64,000 nt of DNA from Callorhinchus milii (taxonomy: Eukaryota), in contig NW_024704742.1 of assembly GCF_018977255.1 (NCBI RefSeq), positions 83,454,001 through 83,518,000 of the forward strand, in the 5' to 3' direction. The stretch's first letter is position 1, and every line of letters starts with the position of its first letter. This document shows, piece after piece, positions 1 to 13,815 of this stretch. The notes beneath the pieces were generated by a model. It ran no database searches and was not told where the DNA came from. It saw only the letters and a list, made by a program, of their open reading frames with translations. The position numbers and the translations under genes are program-made.

Positions 1-1056
1 ACTGCTGTCAGATGCATTCAGCAGAGACTTTAGAGGCTCTCTCACAGGAGCAATAAGGGAGCCTTGTAAACAGAATGGGTGTAATGAGAGGTAGAGGTTG
101 GGGGAAAAAGAGGAAAATATGGCCAGAAATAAATTAAATTCATAGATCAAACATATTCACTTACTTATATTTCACTGTGAATTTTCTCTAATTTACTTAC
201 ACTATTTTTACTTTCTCAGTTGGAATAAAATATTTGAAAATAGTGTAAAACAAAATTCTAGTCATCCTACACAGAATAGAAAGCCATTCTAAATCACTAT
301 TCAGATTCATTTGAATACATAGCTAAAATACAATGAATTAACAGGAGATTACATCTAAAATAGCAAAAATGAATATTGTAGGTGGGTTTGAATTTTTAAT
401 TTCTAGTATAACCGATCAAATATTCATGCATCGGATGATAGGATAAAATATCCAATATTTCATACCAATTTGATAGAATAATAATCATGCAAAAGTGAAT
501 TGACTCAATAAAATGTAATTTAATTATCATTGGTGATAATTATCACATGAAATCAGTTACATATTTTATCCTGCTACCTGTATTGACATTGTACTCCAAA
601 TGGTACTTTAAAATAGTCTTTGAATTCCCAATCAAAACAGCCATATACAAGTTCATTCCACTTCATTAATAAACCAACTGCTGAAATACAAAGGCTTTCT
701 CTTACCCTGTCCTCATCTTGCAAATTATTTTCATCTCACTTTCACATAAGTCCCTTCATGCCCAAGCACCAGCCTAACATATCTGATCTCTTCATATCCC
801 ACTCCTCTGCTCTCCCCACCCTTGCTCAACTAAGGTAGTCCTGCTGCGTTTCTCCTGAATCCTCTATGCTACCATCAATCGCCAAGCCTTCAGCCACTGT
901 GCCCCTAATCTCTGGAACTCCCTGCCTGAATCCCCTACTACCCCTTCTTTATCCATCCACCTCTTCGACAATGCCAATGGTCATCTTACCCCTCCTTCCT
1001 TATTCACTGTCCAACCCTGGCACTGTACATCATTTTGCGACATTATCCTATATATA

Positions 1057-1484
1057 TGAAGTCCAAAAGCTCAGTGGTTAGAGCATTCGCCTCGCAAGCG
1101 AGAGACCTGGGATCAATTCCTAGCAGGGTGAAATGTTGGGCAAGTTTCCTTACTCCACATGCCTCCGTTTACCTAGCAGTAAGTAGGAACCCAGTTGTTA
1201 GTCAATTGGCGGATCACTTTTCCAGGGGTAATAATTCCTTCAGCCTTTCTGACCCACCCTTTGGAACTCCAACCCACATTCCCTTCACCTCTCCCCCTCC
1301 CTTGCCTCCTTCAAAACCCGTCTCAAGACCCTACTCTTCGACCATGCTTTCATTCACCCTACTTTCCCCACTTCTTTCCACGATCCCGACCTCCAGCTCG
1401 GGTGCAAATCTCTGACTGTCCAGCGCCTTGGGACGTCCTCCCGAACTGAAAGGCGATATACAAAAGTAATATTTTCTTATTATT
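1057..1484 (+). mobile_element. Chimeric retroposon: tRNA-SINE 5' part (1057-1242) joined to L2 LINE 3' end (1237-1484)
   Basis: A/B-box head and long-type SINE body up to GGTAATAATTCCTTCA, then L2 sequence CAGCCTTTCTGACCCACCCTTTGGAACTCC...GCGCCTTGGGACGTCCTCCCGA tail. Confidence 0.75.
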
Positions 1485-2263
1485 CTCCCAATATATCATC
1501 TTCCGACGCAAGATGAGAATTGAATATCGTGAAACAATGGTATTAGTACTAAACAGAGACCTTCCATTATGAAAACCATTTCAGATGTGGTGTCTGTCTT
1601 GAATAATACCTTTGATTTGATATTAACTGGGAAGCAATTCTTGAGTACAATCAAAATTAAATGCTTTTCAATGCTCCGTCTTCAACGCCATGTTTAATAT
1701 AACAAAACATCCATTTTTTTCCAATCTCAGTAATCAATCGTGGGCTGAGAGGACAGTCAGAGCTGGGTCCATGCAAAACAATTATCTCAAATAGAGGTTT
1801 TCATTATGGAATAATGATTTTGGAGAATGGTATATTTTGGAGAATGTTAAACTGCATACATTTAGATGAAAATCAGTGCCTATCTCAAAATGGTTTGTTG
1901 TTTTAAGAACGTTTTATTTGCGATTTAAAATTACCCCAATGGTTTCCTCTATCCCAAAACAGACGTGCAGAGATAATGTGGGACAAGAGGATTCCCCTTG
2001 GACTATATTAGGCAAAGGCAACATCGTGTTTACGTCCTACTTATAAACTGATTGCAGGATTTTTAAAGCTTTTTATTTAAGCCTTTGAATGTATCCCATG
2101 TTTCAATTAAATACTGCACTTTCTGTTCAAAGGATATTAAGCATTCTTTCTTGGCAAAAACAAACATTCACCGCACTCTTAATAAGTTGGATTGTCAAGG
2201 ATTTCTGGGACCTACTCGTGTTCTACAGGAGCAAATCTTATCACATTCGGGAAGTGGACATAT

Positions 2264-3372
2264 CAACAACAACAAGATTACATTTGTATAGCGCCTTTCA
2301 TGTCGGGAGGAAGTCCCAAGGCGCTGGACAGAGTACAGCATTTCAGACCCGAGCTGGGGTTGTGGGGGGAAGGGAGGGGAGGGGAAGGGGGGTGACCGAT
2401 GCCATGGTTGAAGAGGAGGGTCTTGAGGCGGGACTTGAAGGAGGCTAAGGAGGGGGTGAGGGGGAGTGATTGGGGGATGGAATTCCAGAGATTGGGGGCA
2501 GAGTGGCTGAAGGCTCTCCCGCCAATGGTGGGGAGGGTGGGGAGGGGGACATGGCGCAGGCCCGAGCCAGCTGAGCGGAGGGAACTGACGGGTTGGTAGG
2601 GGGTTAGGAGGTCGCAGAGGTAGGTTGGGGCGAGGCCATGGAGGACTTTGTATGTGAGACCAGGATCTTAAACTGGATCCTCTGAAGGATAGGGAGCCAA
2701 TGGAGTTGGGCGAGAGTGGGGGAGATGGGGTCACAGAGTTTGGTGCGGGAGAGGACATAGGCTGGAGAGTTCTGGGTTATCTGCAGCCTGTGGAGGGAGG
2801 AGTTGGGAAGGCCGACAAGCAGGGCGTTTGCATAGTCGAGCCTGGAGGTGATGAAGGCATGAACAAGAGTTTCAGCGGCCTGAGGGGTGAGATAATGGCG
2901 GAGTCGGGTGATGTTACGGACGTGAGGGAAGGCAGAGCGGGTCATGGCTTGAATGTGGGGGAGAAAAGACAGTTGAGGATCGAACAAGACACCTCGGTTC
3001 CTGACTGGTTTGATGAATTGTGGTGTCCAACCATGGAGGTTGATGGTGCCAGAGCCTGAGGTGCAGAGGCGCTGACGCGAGCCAATCAGGAGGGCCTCAG
3101 TCTTGTTCACATTCAACTGTAGGGAATTTGCCCTCATCCAGGACTTGATGTCTGACAGGCAGTCTGTCAGGACAGCAGTGGTCCTGGAGTTGAGGGTGGA
3201 GACAGAAAGATAGAGTTGGGTGTCATCCACATACATGCGGAAGTTGACCCCATGTCTGTGGATGATGTCACCAAGAGGGAGCATGTAGATATTAAAGAGA
3301 GGGCACGGACAGAGCCCTGGGGGACGCCAGATGTGACAGTGCGGGGGCTGAAGGAGAAACAATCCCAGAAAT
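2264..3372 (-). mobile_element. 5'-truncated L2-clade LINE (RT C-terminal part and 3' tail)
   Basis: ORFs give GVPQGSV..., [54 protein letters not shown]. Has the stem-loop tail and (TTG)n end; frameshifted. Confidence 0.93.
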
Positions 3373-5235
3373 GCACTACTTACTTAAATGAGAACAGGTT
3401 GGAAAACTCTGGATAAGCTCCCAAGGGCCACTGCCATTGAAGTAAATGAGCCGTACAAAGACACACAGTTTTTCTCTCCCCCACCCCCTCCCATTCAGCA
3501 TCATTACCACTGTGGTATATAGCAGCTCCTAAGGAATATAAATAATGAAGGATTTCACATTAAGTTGCATAACATTTTTATGATGGCACATAATAATTTA
3601 TCTTCTGAAGAAACTTTTATCCAAGGTTCTCGTAGCCTGATCTGGTAGATGTTAAATATCCAATGTTAAATTCTTTTCCTGGCAAAAATAGTTACTACAC
3701 TTGAAGGTAAACATTTGTAAGGCACTTTTTAAAAGGCATTTTGACATGATGATACCCTAAAAAAGGCAAGGCTGCTATTTATCAACGTTAGTTTAGGAAA
3801 TTGCTTTGACTAAAAAGTATTTACCATAGACTTTCCTTCCTATTTAAAAAACATACCCTTAGATGGACATTCTCCTTTAAGCTGCAGTACTGTGGTTTTA
3901 ACTGGCCCCAATGCATTCAAAAAAAAGTTTCTCACAACAAAGTCTTATCACAAAACAAGTTACTCAGTGCCCCCTCAGGCAGGTATGGTAAGGTTATAGT
4001 AACACACTACAAAGTAAACCTGGTTAAATCAAGGGCAGAGCATAATTTCCTTCATAGACACAATCCTGTAAGTAAGTTCAAATTCATACCACTTCAATCT
4101 GGCAAACATTATTTGAATGTTGTGAGAACATTGGTACCAACTATCAGGTGATGTGTCTGGAGTAATGAAAAAAGGTTAAGCCTGGAACAATCTGTGGTAA
4201 ACCAGGATGTCAAGTGAGGATGAGGACTGTCAACACAAAATATGATTGATGCAATAATGAGGAACCAATACCACAGCTGCTGCAGTTTTTGCTCTTTTCA
4301 ACAACTTCTCTGGGACAATTACCAATCAGCTATGTAATACAGGTAGATAAGAATATCTTCTTTAAAATAACTCTTGAAAATGGGAGCACGATCCTAACAC
4401 AACATTTTCACCGGGAAAGTAATCCAAAAGTCTCACTGGAAATTGAAATCAATGATACTTTAGTTGAAACAGCCATAGGCGAAAACTATTCAGGAACCTT
4501 TGTAAACTGCAGCCAAAATCAGAATTAAGACAAAGAAGTTGGATTCAATTTTCTGCCAGTGTTAATGAAGTTGAACATTTCAGCATACTTTAAATATTGG
4601 CATCTAACCACTACTGTAAGTGCTTTCTCAGTTGTCAAACAGCAGATCTCATCTGACCTTGTACAATAACACTACATGCTATGGCTGCCATGAGTAAAGT
4701 ATGACAGCAGTAACCAAAACTAAAAGGTTCTAACGCAGAAGCTTGTACTTACTAATTCAGTAAAGCCAGTATTGATTTTATTTTGCATTACTTATGATCA
4801 TAGTTAGTACATTTCATGTCATCTCCTCAGGGATTAAGTCGATAAACAGCTGAGGAAGTCTACAGATAGAACCTCTGCAAACAAAATTGGCAATATTAAT
4901 TATAACTCCACTTGGTTATAAGAGAACGAATCTGTCAAATAGAAATCTACCAAAAGATCACATTGCATTTATAACATTTAAGAAATTGTATTGCAATGTA
5001 CTAATATTACAATTCACTTCATGACAGTTTTGCAACATCGCTGAGCACTAATTGCTATGAGGAAATTGCCTCTGCATCCAGCTACAAAGTAGTCACTGCA
5101 CTCGACAATAAAACCAGTGAAGTTCTTTGAGATGTCTTGACAGCATGATAATTCTGTATATCAAAAGGATTATTTTAAAATCGATCAACAAATGTCCAAA
5201 TCATTATACCTCTGCAATGTATGTAGGAAGTCATT

Positions 5236-5410
5236 TTATAATCCTTGCATTTGATATAGTGCCTTATCACATCTTCGAGACATCTCTGCACTTTACAGAA
5301 TATACTGAAAAGCGAATTGACTGTATATTTTGTGGGCGAAACACGGCAGCCAATTGCGCAGAACATTATCCCACAAAGAGTCGTGGATTGAGTAACTGAT
5401 TTATTATTTT
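5236..5410 (-). mobile_element. DeuSINE 3' fragment
   Basis: Reverse complement of TGCGCAATTGGCTGCCGTGTTTCGCCCACAAAATATACAGTCAATTC...ATCAAATGCAAGGATTAT. Confidence 0.85.
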
Positions 5411-5618
5411 TATTTTATTACCCTATAATTATTTCCCTGATAAAAACAGGACTTCCATAAATTATAAAAGCCATCCCAAAATATGGTACACAAGTCGTAC
5501 TCAAATAGGCATTTCTGACCACCGATCGCCAAGTGTAATAGGTCAACTGCAACTTCCAATTGCTTCAGCACAAGATTCTATATTGAGATAAGGATGAGAC
5601 TGCTTAATTGCTTAAATA

Positions 5619-5796
5619 CAGTAAACTCCAGATACTTCGACCCTGGCTTAATGTGTCATTACACTTAAGTCATCATCTTGTCAATATCCCGGCCGCATTT
5701 ATTTACGTATTTATACATATGCTTAACTCGCCACTATGGATAACTCGTCACTGAACTCTTTGTCCCCTGGAGTGACAAGTTATCAGATGCTTACTG
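5619..5796. mobile_element. pogo/Tigger-like MITE (178 bp)
   Basis: TA|CAGTAAACTCCAGATACTTCG ... CAAGTTATCAGATGCTTACTG|TA: imperfect terminal inverted repeats starting CAGT, with TA on both sides. Confidence 0.7.
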
Positions 5797-7998
5797 TACA
5801 TGCATTATGTGAGATTTTCAATTTTGTCTCAACGACAATTGCACTTATAAAGAGCCTTTCACGTTGGGAGAATTCTCAAAGCACTTTACAAAGACTGAGT
5901 CGGAGCCCAAGCAGGGTGGAAGATAGGATGGGTACGATGATAATAATCCTTACATTTGATTTAACACCTTTCACGTCAGGACATTGTCTCAAAGCGCTTC
6001 ACAGGATACATTGTAAAGTTCATGTATCACTGCACTATGTATATCGCGGGAACCAATATGCACATAACAATATCCTACAAACTGCCATGAAGCGAATGAA
6101 CAATTTTATTGGAAGAGATTGTTGGCCAGGACACCAGGAGAAGCTCAGCGGCTGAAAATGATGGCTCACTGAATGCAGTCAAAAAGATAGGTTAGTGCTG
6201 TCAGTAATCACTCAATCCTTAAGTTAAAATAAAGCCTCAAGGTAGTCTTTAATAAGCTGTAAGTATAACAGCCAAATGACAGCTACTAAATCTTAAAAAA
6301 GTCTGACTTAAGACTCAAACTTTCCTTTAAATTTGTTGTTACCGCATGAGTATTTTTAGCTACTATAGTAATTAACTTGTGGACAACTTAATAACAGCCA
6401 TTCAGCCAGGGTTTTTTCCCCCCATACATTGTTACCTATTATATTTTCCACATCTCATGATTGACTATTGTAGGGTTCTGGCTTCCCAGGCAATTGACAC
6501 CAAATTATTAGACAAGTGAGGAGGGTACACTCATAAAGTTCAGCAAAAGAGGCCAGCCTGCTAACTGCCCAGAACAGCGAACAGCAAATATTCACACAAT
6601 TTCACAGGAAGACACCCTATTTTTTGTTATAAATTGTACTAAACAAGAAATCTCACAATTTAACTTTTGCATTTTTTTTTAAATCCCCTTTTTTCTTGTG
6701 GAAAATTTTGCAATTAACTGTCTCAAGAGTCTTCTTGTCCCCTCTTACCCATTCTGTTTATTCTTGTTTCTCTGTCTGCTCCTTCTTCATAGTCATAGTA
6801 GGAGTGTGATGGTTACCGTACTGTATTCTACCGTAGACTATTCTGACTTAACTGGAGACAAATAGTCACCAGTCAGGAAAATGCCAGCAGGATTACATTA
6901 GAAAAAAAAATCTTGAGACACATAGCATATAGGTTATGTCCTCTTGCATAAACTTGGCTCTAAGAAAATCTCAGCTCAGAGCAGAGTTCTTGTGGGTCGG
7001 CATCATGTACATTGGGATCCTTGTGGGCGCATTTTACTTTTTCCAATGCAAGATGCCAATTATGTTATAATTTTCCTAATGAGTACTTCTATAACCCAAG
7101 AGAATATTTCCCCCCTTCGCCCCTCCCACCTATCAATGATCAATAAAGACAAAGTTCCCTCCATCTTTTTCATGGTTGCACACTGAAACCTATGTCGTCC
7201 TGCCTCCTCCATATCAGTCAAAAAAAACAATGTTACTTGAGCCATGAATCAGACGTGTGCCGTTAATCTCAAACTATGAATATTGGAGCAGGACAAGGCC
7301 ATTCAACCCATCAAGTGTGTTCTGACAATTCATATCATGGCTTAACATTTTTAATCCCATTTCCATGTCTTTTCTCAGTATCTCTAATACCTTACTTCCA
7401 AGTATCTATCTTTCTCCCTTTTAAACATCTCTCCCTGCTCGGATGGTGCAGTGCAACTGCGTCACCACTGAATGTTCAGAATTTGAGTTTATATTTTTGA
7501 TTACAAGCACTGGAAGTTTTAATATCAATGGTCCCACTGCAGCGCTGACTCAAATTATAAATCTCTGATCTCGACTATGCAGAATATATGAAATGGGCAA
7601 AGATTTCTCATTCCCAGGAGTTAGAAGTACAACATGAGGTACATGCCACCACTGATTAGATTTTAATATCTTGCAATTCTTAGACTGCCAAAAAGCTAAG
7701 CAGCAAGAAACGTAAAGTGATTTAAATCCCAGCAATTCAATTTAGTAAACAGTGCCTCTGAGATCTAATCCAAATATGAAAATTGTTCAAGATATACGTC
7801 ATGAATAAACCATAATCTACAAATAGCTGATCTATCCAGATGGCTATGAGAATGAAGGCATCGACATTGACTTGTGCGGGACTTGTTCAATATAAGTGAA
7901 CAATGATTCATGCAAAGTCTGGAAACTGGATGACGTACAGACCACTCTTAATTATGAAACTAATGGCAGAATTCATTTATTTGCTATTATCAGAATAC

Positions 7999-8460
7999 TT
8001 GGCTCAGAGGTAGTTTTCTTGTGTACGAGTCAGAAAGTTCTGGGTTCAATCCCATTTCAGGACCTGAATTCACATTATCTAAGATGACACTTCAGTGTAG
8101 CCCTGGGGACGTGTTGCATTGTCAGAGGTGCCGTATTTCAGATGAAATTTTAAACCGAGGTCCGGTCTGCCTGTTCAGGTGGACTTTAAAGATTCCATGG
8201 CACTGTTTGGAAAGAGAAGGGAGATTCTCCTGGTGTCCTGGTCAACAATCCCCCAAATAAAATTGGTCACACTCATTTCATGGCTGTTTGCGGAACATTG
8301 CTGTGCACAATTGTGCTGCTGCACTTGTCTACAAAACACAGCAAATTAATTTCACAGTAAATCCTGTGAAACTCTTTGAGATGTCCTTCTAATGTGATAA
8401 GGTGTTATACAAAATGCAAGGATTATTATTATTACTATTATTATTATTGTTATATTATAT
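7999..8460 (+). mobile_element. Old full-length DeuSINE (SacSINE1-like)
   Basis: tRNA-like head (TGGCTCAGAGGT...GGGTTCAATCCC), Deu core (GGTGCCGTATTTCAGATGAAATTTTAAACCGAGGTCCGGTCTGCCTGTTCAGGTGGAC...TTGCTGTGCACAATTG) and L2-type tail with (ATT)n. Confidence 0.8.
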
Positions 8461-8586
8461 CCATTCCTTCTTGGGAAGACAAGATTTCTGAAAAATAAAT
8501 GAAAACTCCTTGATGGGCAGAAGGATTTTTCAAAAGTTGAGAACAATTAACAAACAGATTTCATTTGGTGTTGGACTTTTCGATGC

Positions 8587-8983
8587 AACAACAACAACAA
8601 AATTACATTTGTATAGCGCCTTTCACGTCGGGAGGACTTCCCAAGGCACTTGACAATCAGTTTCACCCGACCTGGGTGTTGGGGAGGGTGGAGGGCAGGG
8701 GGGAAGCAGGGTGATCGAAAGCACAGTGGGTCTTGAGGTGGGTCTTGAAGGTGGCAAGGGAGGGGGCGAGGCGGAGGGACTGCAGGATGGAGTTCCAACG
8801 GGTGGGGCAGAGTGGCAGAAGGTCCACCTGCCAATGGTGGAGCAGGCGAGGAGGGGGATGTGAAGCAGCCTGGAGCCCGCTAAGCGGAGGGAGCAGGCAG
8901 GATGGTAGGGGGTTAGGAGGTCACAGAGGTAGGGCTTTGAAGGTGATGACTGGGATCTTGAACTGTATCCTCTGTGTGATAGG
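8587..8983 (-). mobile_element. L2 LINE 3' fragment
   Basis: Same (TTG)n tail, stem-loop and C-terminal ORF2 sequence as the copy at 2264-3372. Confidence 0.88.
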
Positions 8984-10340
8984 AAAAACTAGAGGTAGAT
9001 TGCATATCTTCAGGCATGTATCATTCTTTGACTTTGTTTACTACATATAATAAACAGGTCTGACAACCAAGAGAAAAATATCAAGGTATGTCATTTCTTT
9101 AAAGATTTTCATTCCTACAACATGAGACCACCTCATCCATTGACCTCCATGTAGTAATTTAAATAATTTGGGTTGGTGGAAACTTGCTTTTTATCAGATA
9201 ATATCAAAGAGAACACAAAACAGAGTCATTTGTTGCCTGTATAAAAGCGGGCATTCAAGACAAGGGAGGTGAATCACTCCCACTACAGGATTGTGTTTTG
9301 TGGCTCCCCCTCCTTCCCCTTGCTGCCCTTTAACCCCAGTACACACCGAATTTCAATTCTTTTTGCCTCAATTCTTCCAGCATCTATTTTTATCAATGAA
9401 AATGTATTTGTGCTGGATTGTGGAACAGTGCAAAAAATGTTTACTGATTTTTATCAAGTCCAGTCAAGCCTATCTGCAAGTTATTTTTCACCAGAGGAAG
9501 TTAGATAAAGATTTAGTGAGGAAATGCTACAGGCTGGAGTTAAAGTACTAAGGGTGCGATTCTGAACAAGACACTACATAGAATGAAATAAGGATTTTTT
9601 TAAAAAAACTTTGAATGGACAACTATTTTCATATGTTGACTGAAAACACATTGAAAGATACACATTTTTAGTCCAGATAGTGACTGAAAGCTCATCCATT
9701 AATGGTGGGGCAGAGAGCGAGCGATGTGCAGCAGGACTAGATCTGAGGAGTGAAGGGTATGAGCAGGAGAATGGAAATGGAGGGTGACTGAAGAGGTACC
9801 ATTCGAGGCATGGTAAAAAGACATTGTTTAGAAGTAAACAAAATTGTTCAGAAATAAGCCTGTGAAAAGTTCTATTGGCCAATTTGATATAAAAGGCAGC
9901 TAATCATCCTCCTACTTAAATGTAAGGCCTTTCTGGCTTTCACATGCCAACCAACACAACAGAAACCCCTCCTCCTCCATTCCTATACCCCGCTGTTTCC
10001 TTCTTGCAGAAACTCCCTTGAGTGGGCGGAAGACCTTGAAACAATACGGGATCTGGATTTGTACATTTCTATCTTAACGATTTGTTGTTTTCTTACTAAA
10101 ATCCTTTTAGATAGTTGCTAAAAAAATGATTCTCAGTTGTATACAGATTGCATACACGTACTTGCCTCAGTATGTTTCAGATTGTGTAAAAGCAAGCCAG
10201 AGACTCAATATAGTTCACATGTATTCTTACTATATGTTTAGAAAAAGTTCTGAAAATCCATTGCGTGGCATAATATACAATAGTAATCTGGTAACCTCAA
10301 TTATTATTAGGAAGTTGCTTTGAAGCATGTTGTCACTCAC

Positions 10341-10467
10341 CTTCATCACTGTTTGACTCCTGTTTGACGAACGTTGATGGTGATCTAGCTGGTGGTTTGC
10401 ACAAAGGATGTCGTCGACTCTTCGCTGCCTTCTTTTTTCCTACACTTCTGATGAACTGTTCTGGAAA
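10341..10467 (-). CDS. KDM4C: KDM4C coding exon (127 nt, phase 0 to 1): FPEQFIRSVGKKKAAKSRRHPLCKPPARSPSTFVKQESNSDE(E)
   Basis: Acceptor ttttgttttcag|TTT and donor GAAG|gtgagt. It carries the conserved KDM4 motif KS-x-RHPL-x-(K/R)PP-x-RSP..VKQ..SDEE. Too short to appear in the ORF track. Confidence 0.92.
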
Positions 10468-10555
10468 CTGAAAACAAAAATGCACAAAATCCTTTAAACA
10501 ATAACAAAATACAGGACCAATTGCCTATTACTTTTTATAATTATTACTGCTCTAA

Positions 10556-10985
10556 ATAATAATCCTTGCATTTGATACAGCGTTTTATCACATCATTAAG
10601 GCATCTCAAAGCACTTCACAGGATATTCTGTAAAGTGGATTGACTGTATATGTGGGCAAACACAGCAGCCAGTTGTGCACAGCATGGTCCACAAACAGCC
10701 ACTGAGTGAGTGACCAATTTTTGGGGGGGACTGTTGGCCAGGATTCTGGGAGAAACTTCCTTCTCTTTTCGAATATTGTCGTGGTATCTTTTAACATCCA
10801 TCTGAACAGGCAGTTGGGACCTCTTTTTAACATCTCATCGAACGACAGCAACTCTGACAATGAAACACATACCAGCACTGCATTGGCGTGTCAGTTGAGA
10901 CGATATGATTCCAAGTCCCGACTTGCGGCTTGAACCCACAACCTTCTGACTCATAGGCAAGAGTGCTACCACTGTCCCAGCCTGA
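10556..10985 (-). mobile_element. Old full-length DeuSINE, about 90 bp upstream of a KDM4C exon acceptor
   Basis: Reverse-complement similarity to 7999-8460 across head, Deu core and tail. Confidence 0.8.
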
Positions 10986-13449
10986 CACGACTCAAAGGCT
11001 AAGTGAACCAGGTCCTTTAGGTTAACAACTGCCTGGCCCAGACTATTCAAAACTCAGGATACCAGCTCTACAATACATTAATTGCTTTCAGAATATTGTA
11101 AAATATTCACCAATTAGATGAGAAATGTAATACATTTTCCACAGCTTGCCTACTTGAAGCAATTAATAAAACGATGCTCGACTAAATCACCATCTTCTAA
11201 TAGCTTCTTTTCTAGAGGTAAAGCATGAAACATTCATTCACTGCAAACTGAGTTAAACTATCCAGTTTTACTAGCAACTGATATTGCAGGAGTTACTTAA
11301 CGATTCAATCGCCTAAAACTACACTTCACAGTGTATCCTGTGAAGTGCTTTGAAATGTCCACCTGATGTGAAAATGTAAGGATTTATTATTATAATCTTA
11401 CATGTACCCATTTGTGGACCTTCATTTTTCTGCAGAGCTCAATTTGGGGAATGGAGATAAAGATAAATACTCTATCACAGATATAATAGATTTCATAGCT
11501 ATTTTTCAGCTAATTGAAGAAAGTAACACAAAAGTCAGATATGAAAGGAAACACAAACTGCTGATTTTGTTTCTGAAGTCTGAGGAAAAGAGAATATGAA
11601 CTAAGAATTAAACCTATCAATACTAAAGTGGAAACAAGATCTGAAAATAGGCTCAGCATGAAACATTTTAGTGATAATGAACAAGATAGCCAAAATGTAA
11701 ACAGCAACAGCTTTTTTGATAGAAGCATTTTCAGGGTAAAATTATTTTTGTGGTGATCGAACAATGTCCAGATAGATAAAACAGTCTTTAAGGTTATATT
11801 ATTATCTATACATGAGCTAAATAGGTATGTTTAGCTATCAATCATTGTTCCAGTTGATGCAATACGTCATTATTCCACGGCATTGCTGCTTGGTGGTGTC
11901 CTTAGAACCATCTTTAATCACCTGGTATTCAATGTGCCTTTATGCTGACTCTATATGGAATAGAATGATTTGAATTCATCACTGGAAGAATGAAAAATCA
12001 CTCCACACCAATGTAATTAGACTCGTTTCAAAATTGATGACATGCACATTTTGAAGCACCAAATCTACACCAATGGATATACAAGTAATATTTTGTCCCT
12101 TACTCATTTTACAATTAAAACACAGTGATATCAAGTGATCTTAAGTAAACATCCATTATTACCAACAATAAATCAAATGTCGACCTACCTGTCCAGAATG
12201 ACAATCCTACAAGTCAATCATACAGATAGTTGTATAAGAAAACAAGGATAAGTAAGTTGGCACATTGAACCCAATCCCTCTATACCATGCCTTCATCAGA
12301 AACTCAACAAAATCTATTTAATCTGTTGAAGCAGAAGGATAATCACATGTAAGAGTTTCCAAGGAGATAAAACTCATCAATTCCCCCAAATGATTTTCGG
12401 CATCTCCAGGTTATCAAATATTATACAACTATATTCTGTAGAAAGCATTTATGTGTAACCAGAAGCACAGGAACCATTAAGCATTTGAATATCTATATTT
12501 ACAATCAGCTTTCAGTTTTCTTTTTAGGGGCATTTATTGACACAGCATTAACTGCTTAGATCCGTCTGTCACACATATGCACTTTTTCAATTCTACTTTC
12601 ACTACTTTTGAACTTCTGTCAAGCTGAATACCCTCCTGACATTCCCTTTCTGTGTTTTTGTAAAAATTGGATAAGTTACTCTTTTTCCCTCAATAAACAG
12701 TTCAATTCTTATAGAATGTGTTTATCTTTGAGTTTTAACTTAACAAAGCATCCTTGTCGCTCTATTCCAAACATTCTCCAATCTATTAATGCCGTTATAA
12801 AACTAGGACAGCAAAAATGTCAAACATTCAAAGGTATCTCTGCTATGAGGTCAAAAACAATTAAAACCTCTTTTAACCGTCAAACACAATCAAAGTCCTG
12901 AAGATGAGGGGTCTGAGTAATACAATAAGCCAATTTTTTTTTTAACCTCACGGGATCTGGGTCCAATTCAGCTCAGACTATTTGCATTAAAGTTTCCTGT
13001 TCTTCTGGTTTTACATTAAATTCATTGGCGTACACTCACCCTCATTTCTAGCTGGCAGAGGCCACAGCATAAAGCTGTCAAACCCACTTAGGGGCCCACA
13101 TAGAAGTTATATGCGGAAAGCGGAGTCAGTGGTTGGTGGGGGGGTTACTGGAAATCATACCAGTGAAAAGGGTGAACCTTCTTTTCTGGTTTCCCTCCCA
13201 CTACATTTAAGTTATTTTACCTGCTCTTCATTTTTCTTGAAACCAAAACATTGGAGTTCACTAACTCATTCCCTTCCCTTCCTCCTTTATTTTACAAGAA
13301 TGTTTTAACATTCAGGCTTGAAGTCACTCACCACTACTAAATGTATCCGATCTTCTCTGCTGGATTGTATGAGCCTTGGCTGCTCAATTGCTCCAAGTGG
13401 GCTGAAGCAAATTGGAGAGCAGCAAAGAGGGAGATTCACTTTTTAATTT

Positions 13450-13815
13450 TCTACAAAATCAGAATTGGTTGGGGTGAAGAAAGCCCAATGGTCCATCCAA
13501 TTTTGTCCCTCCAGAACACCCACCTTACCATCCCCCCCCATCACTGCATCAAGCTGCTTTTTAAATGAGTCTAGTGTCCTGGCCTCCACCAACTTGATTG
13601 GCAATCTGTTCAAGTCATTAATTACCCTCTGTATAATGAAAAACTTCCTGGTATCTGTCCTGATATTGCCCTTTACAGCTCTAGCCTATGTTCTCTACTA
13701 TTATGATACATCCAAAAGTATTGATGGAGGGATTACTTTTTCAATTCCAATTCCATTTAAAATTTTGTACACTTCTATGAGGTCCCCTCTGAGTTGTCTT
13801 CTCTCAAAACTGAAT
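13450..13815 (-). mobile_element. Degraded CR1 LINE 3' fragment
   Basis: Minus strand reads like CR1 ORF2 end and 3' UTR (GAGAGAAGACAACTCAGAGGGGACCTCATAGAAGTGTACAAAATT...CAGAGGGTAATTAATGACTTGAACAGATTGCC). Confidence 0.7.

Noticed and set aside
2604..3362. 252-aa ORF (and ORFs at 28733, 29164, 33905, 35354, 35979) as host genes or active retrotransposons
   Set aside because: All are truncated, frameshifted L2/CR1 reverse transcriptase fragments; none retains a complete endonuclease plus RT.
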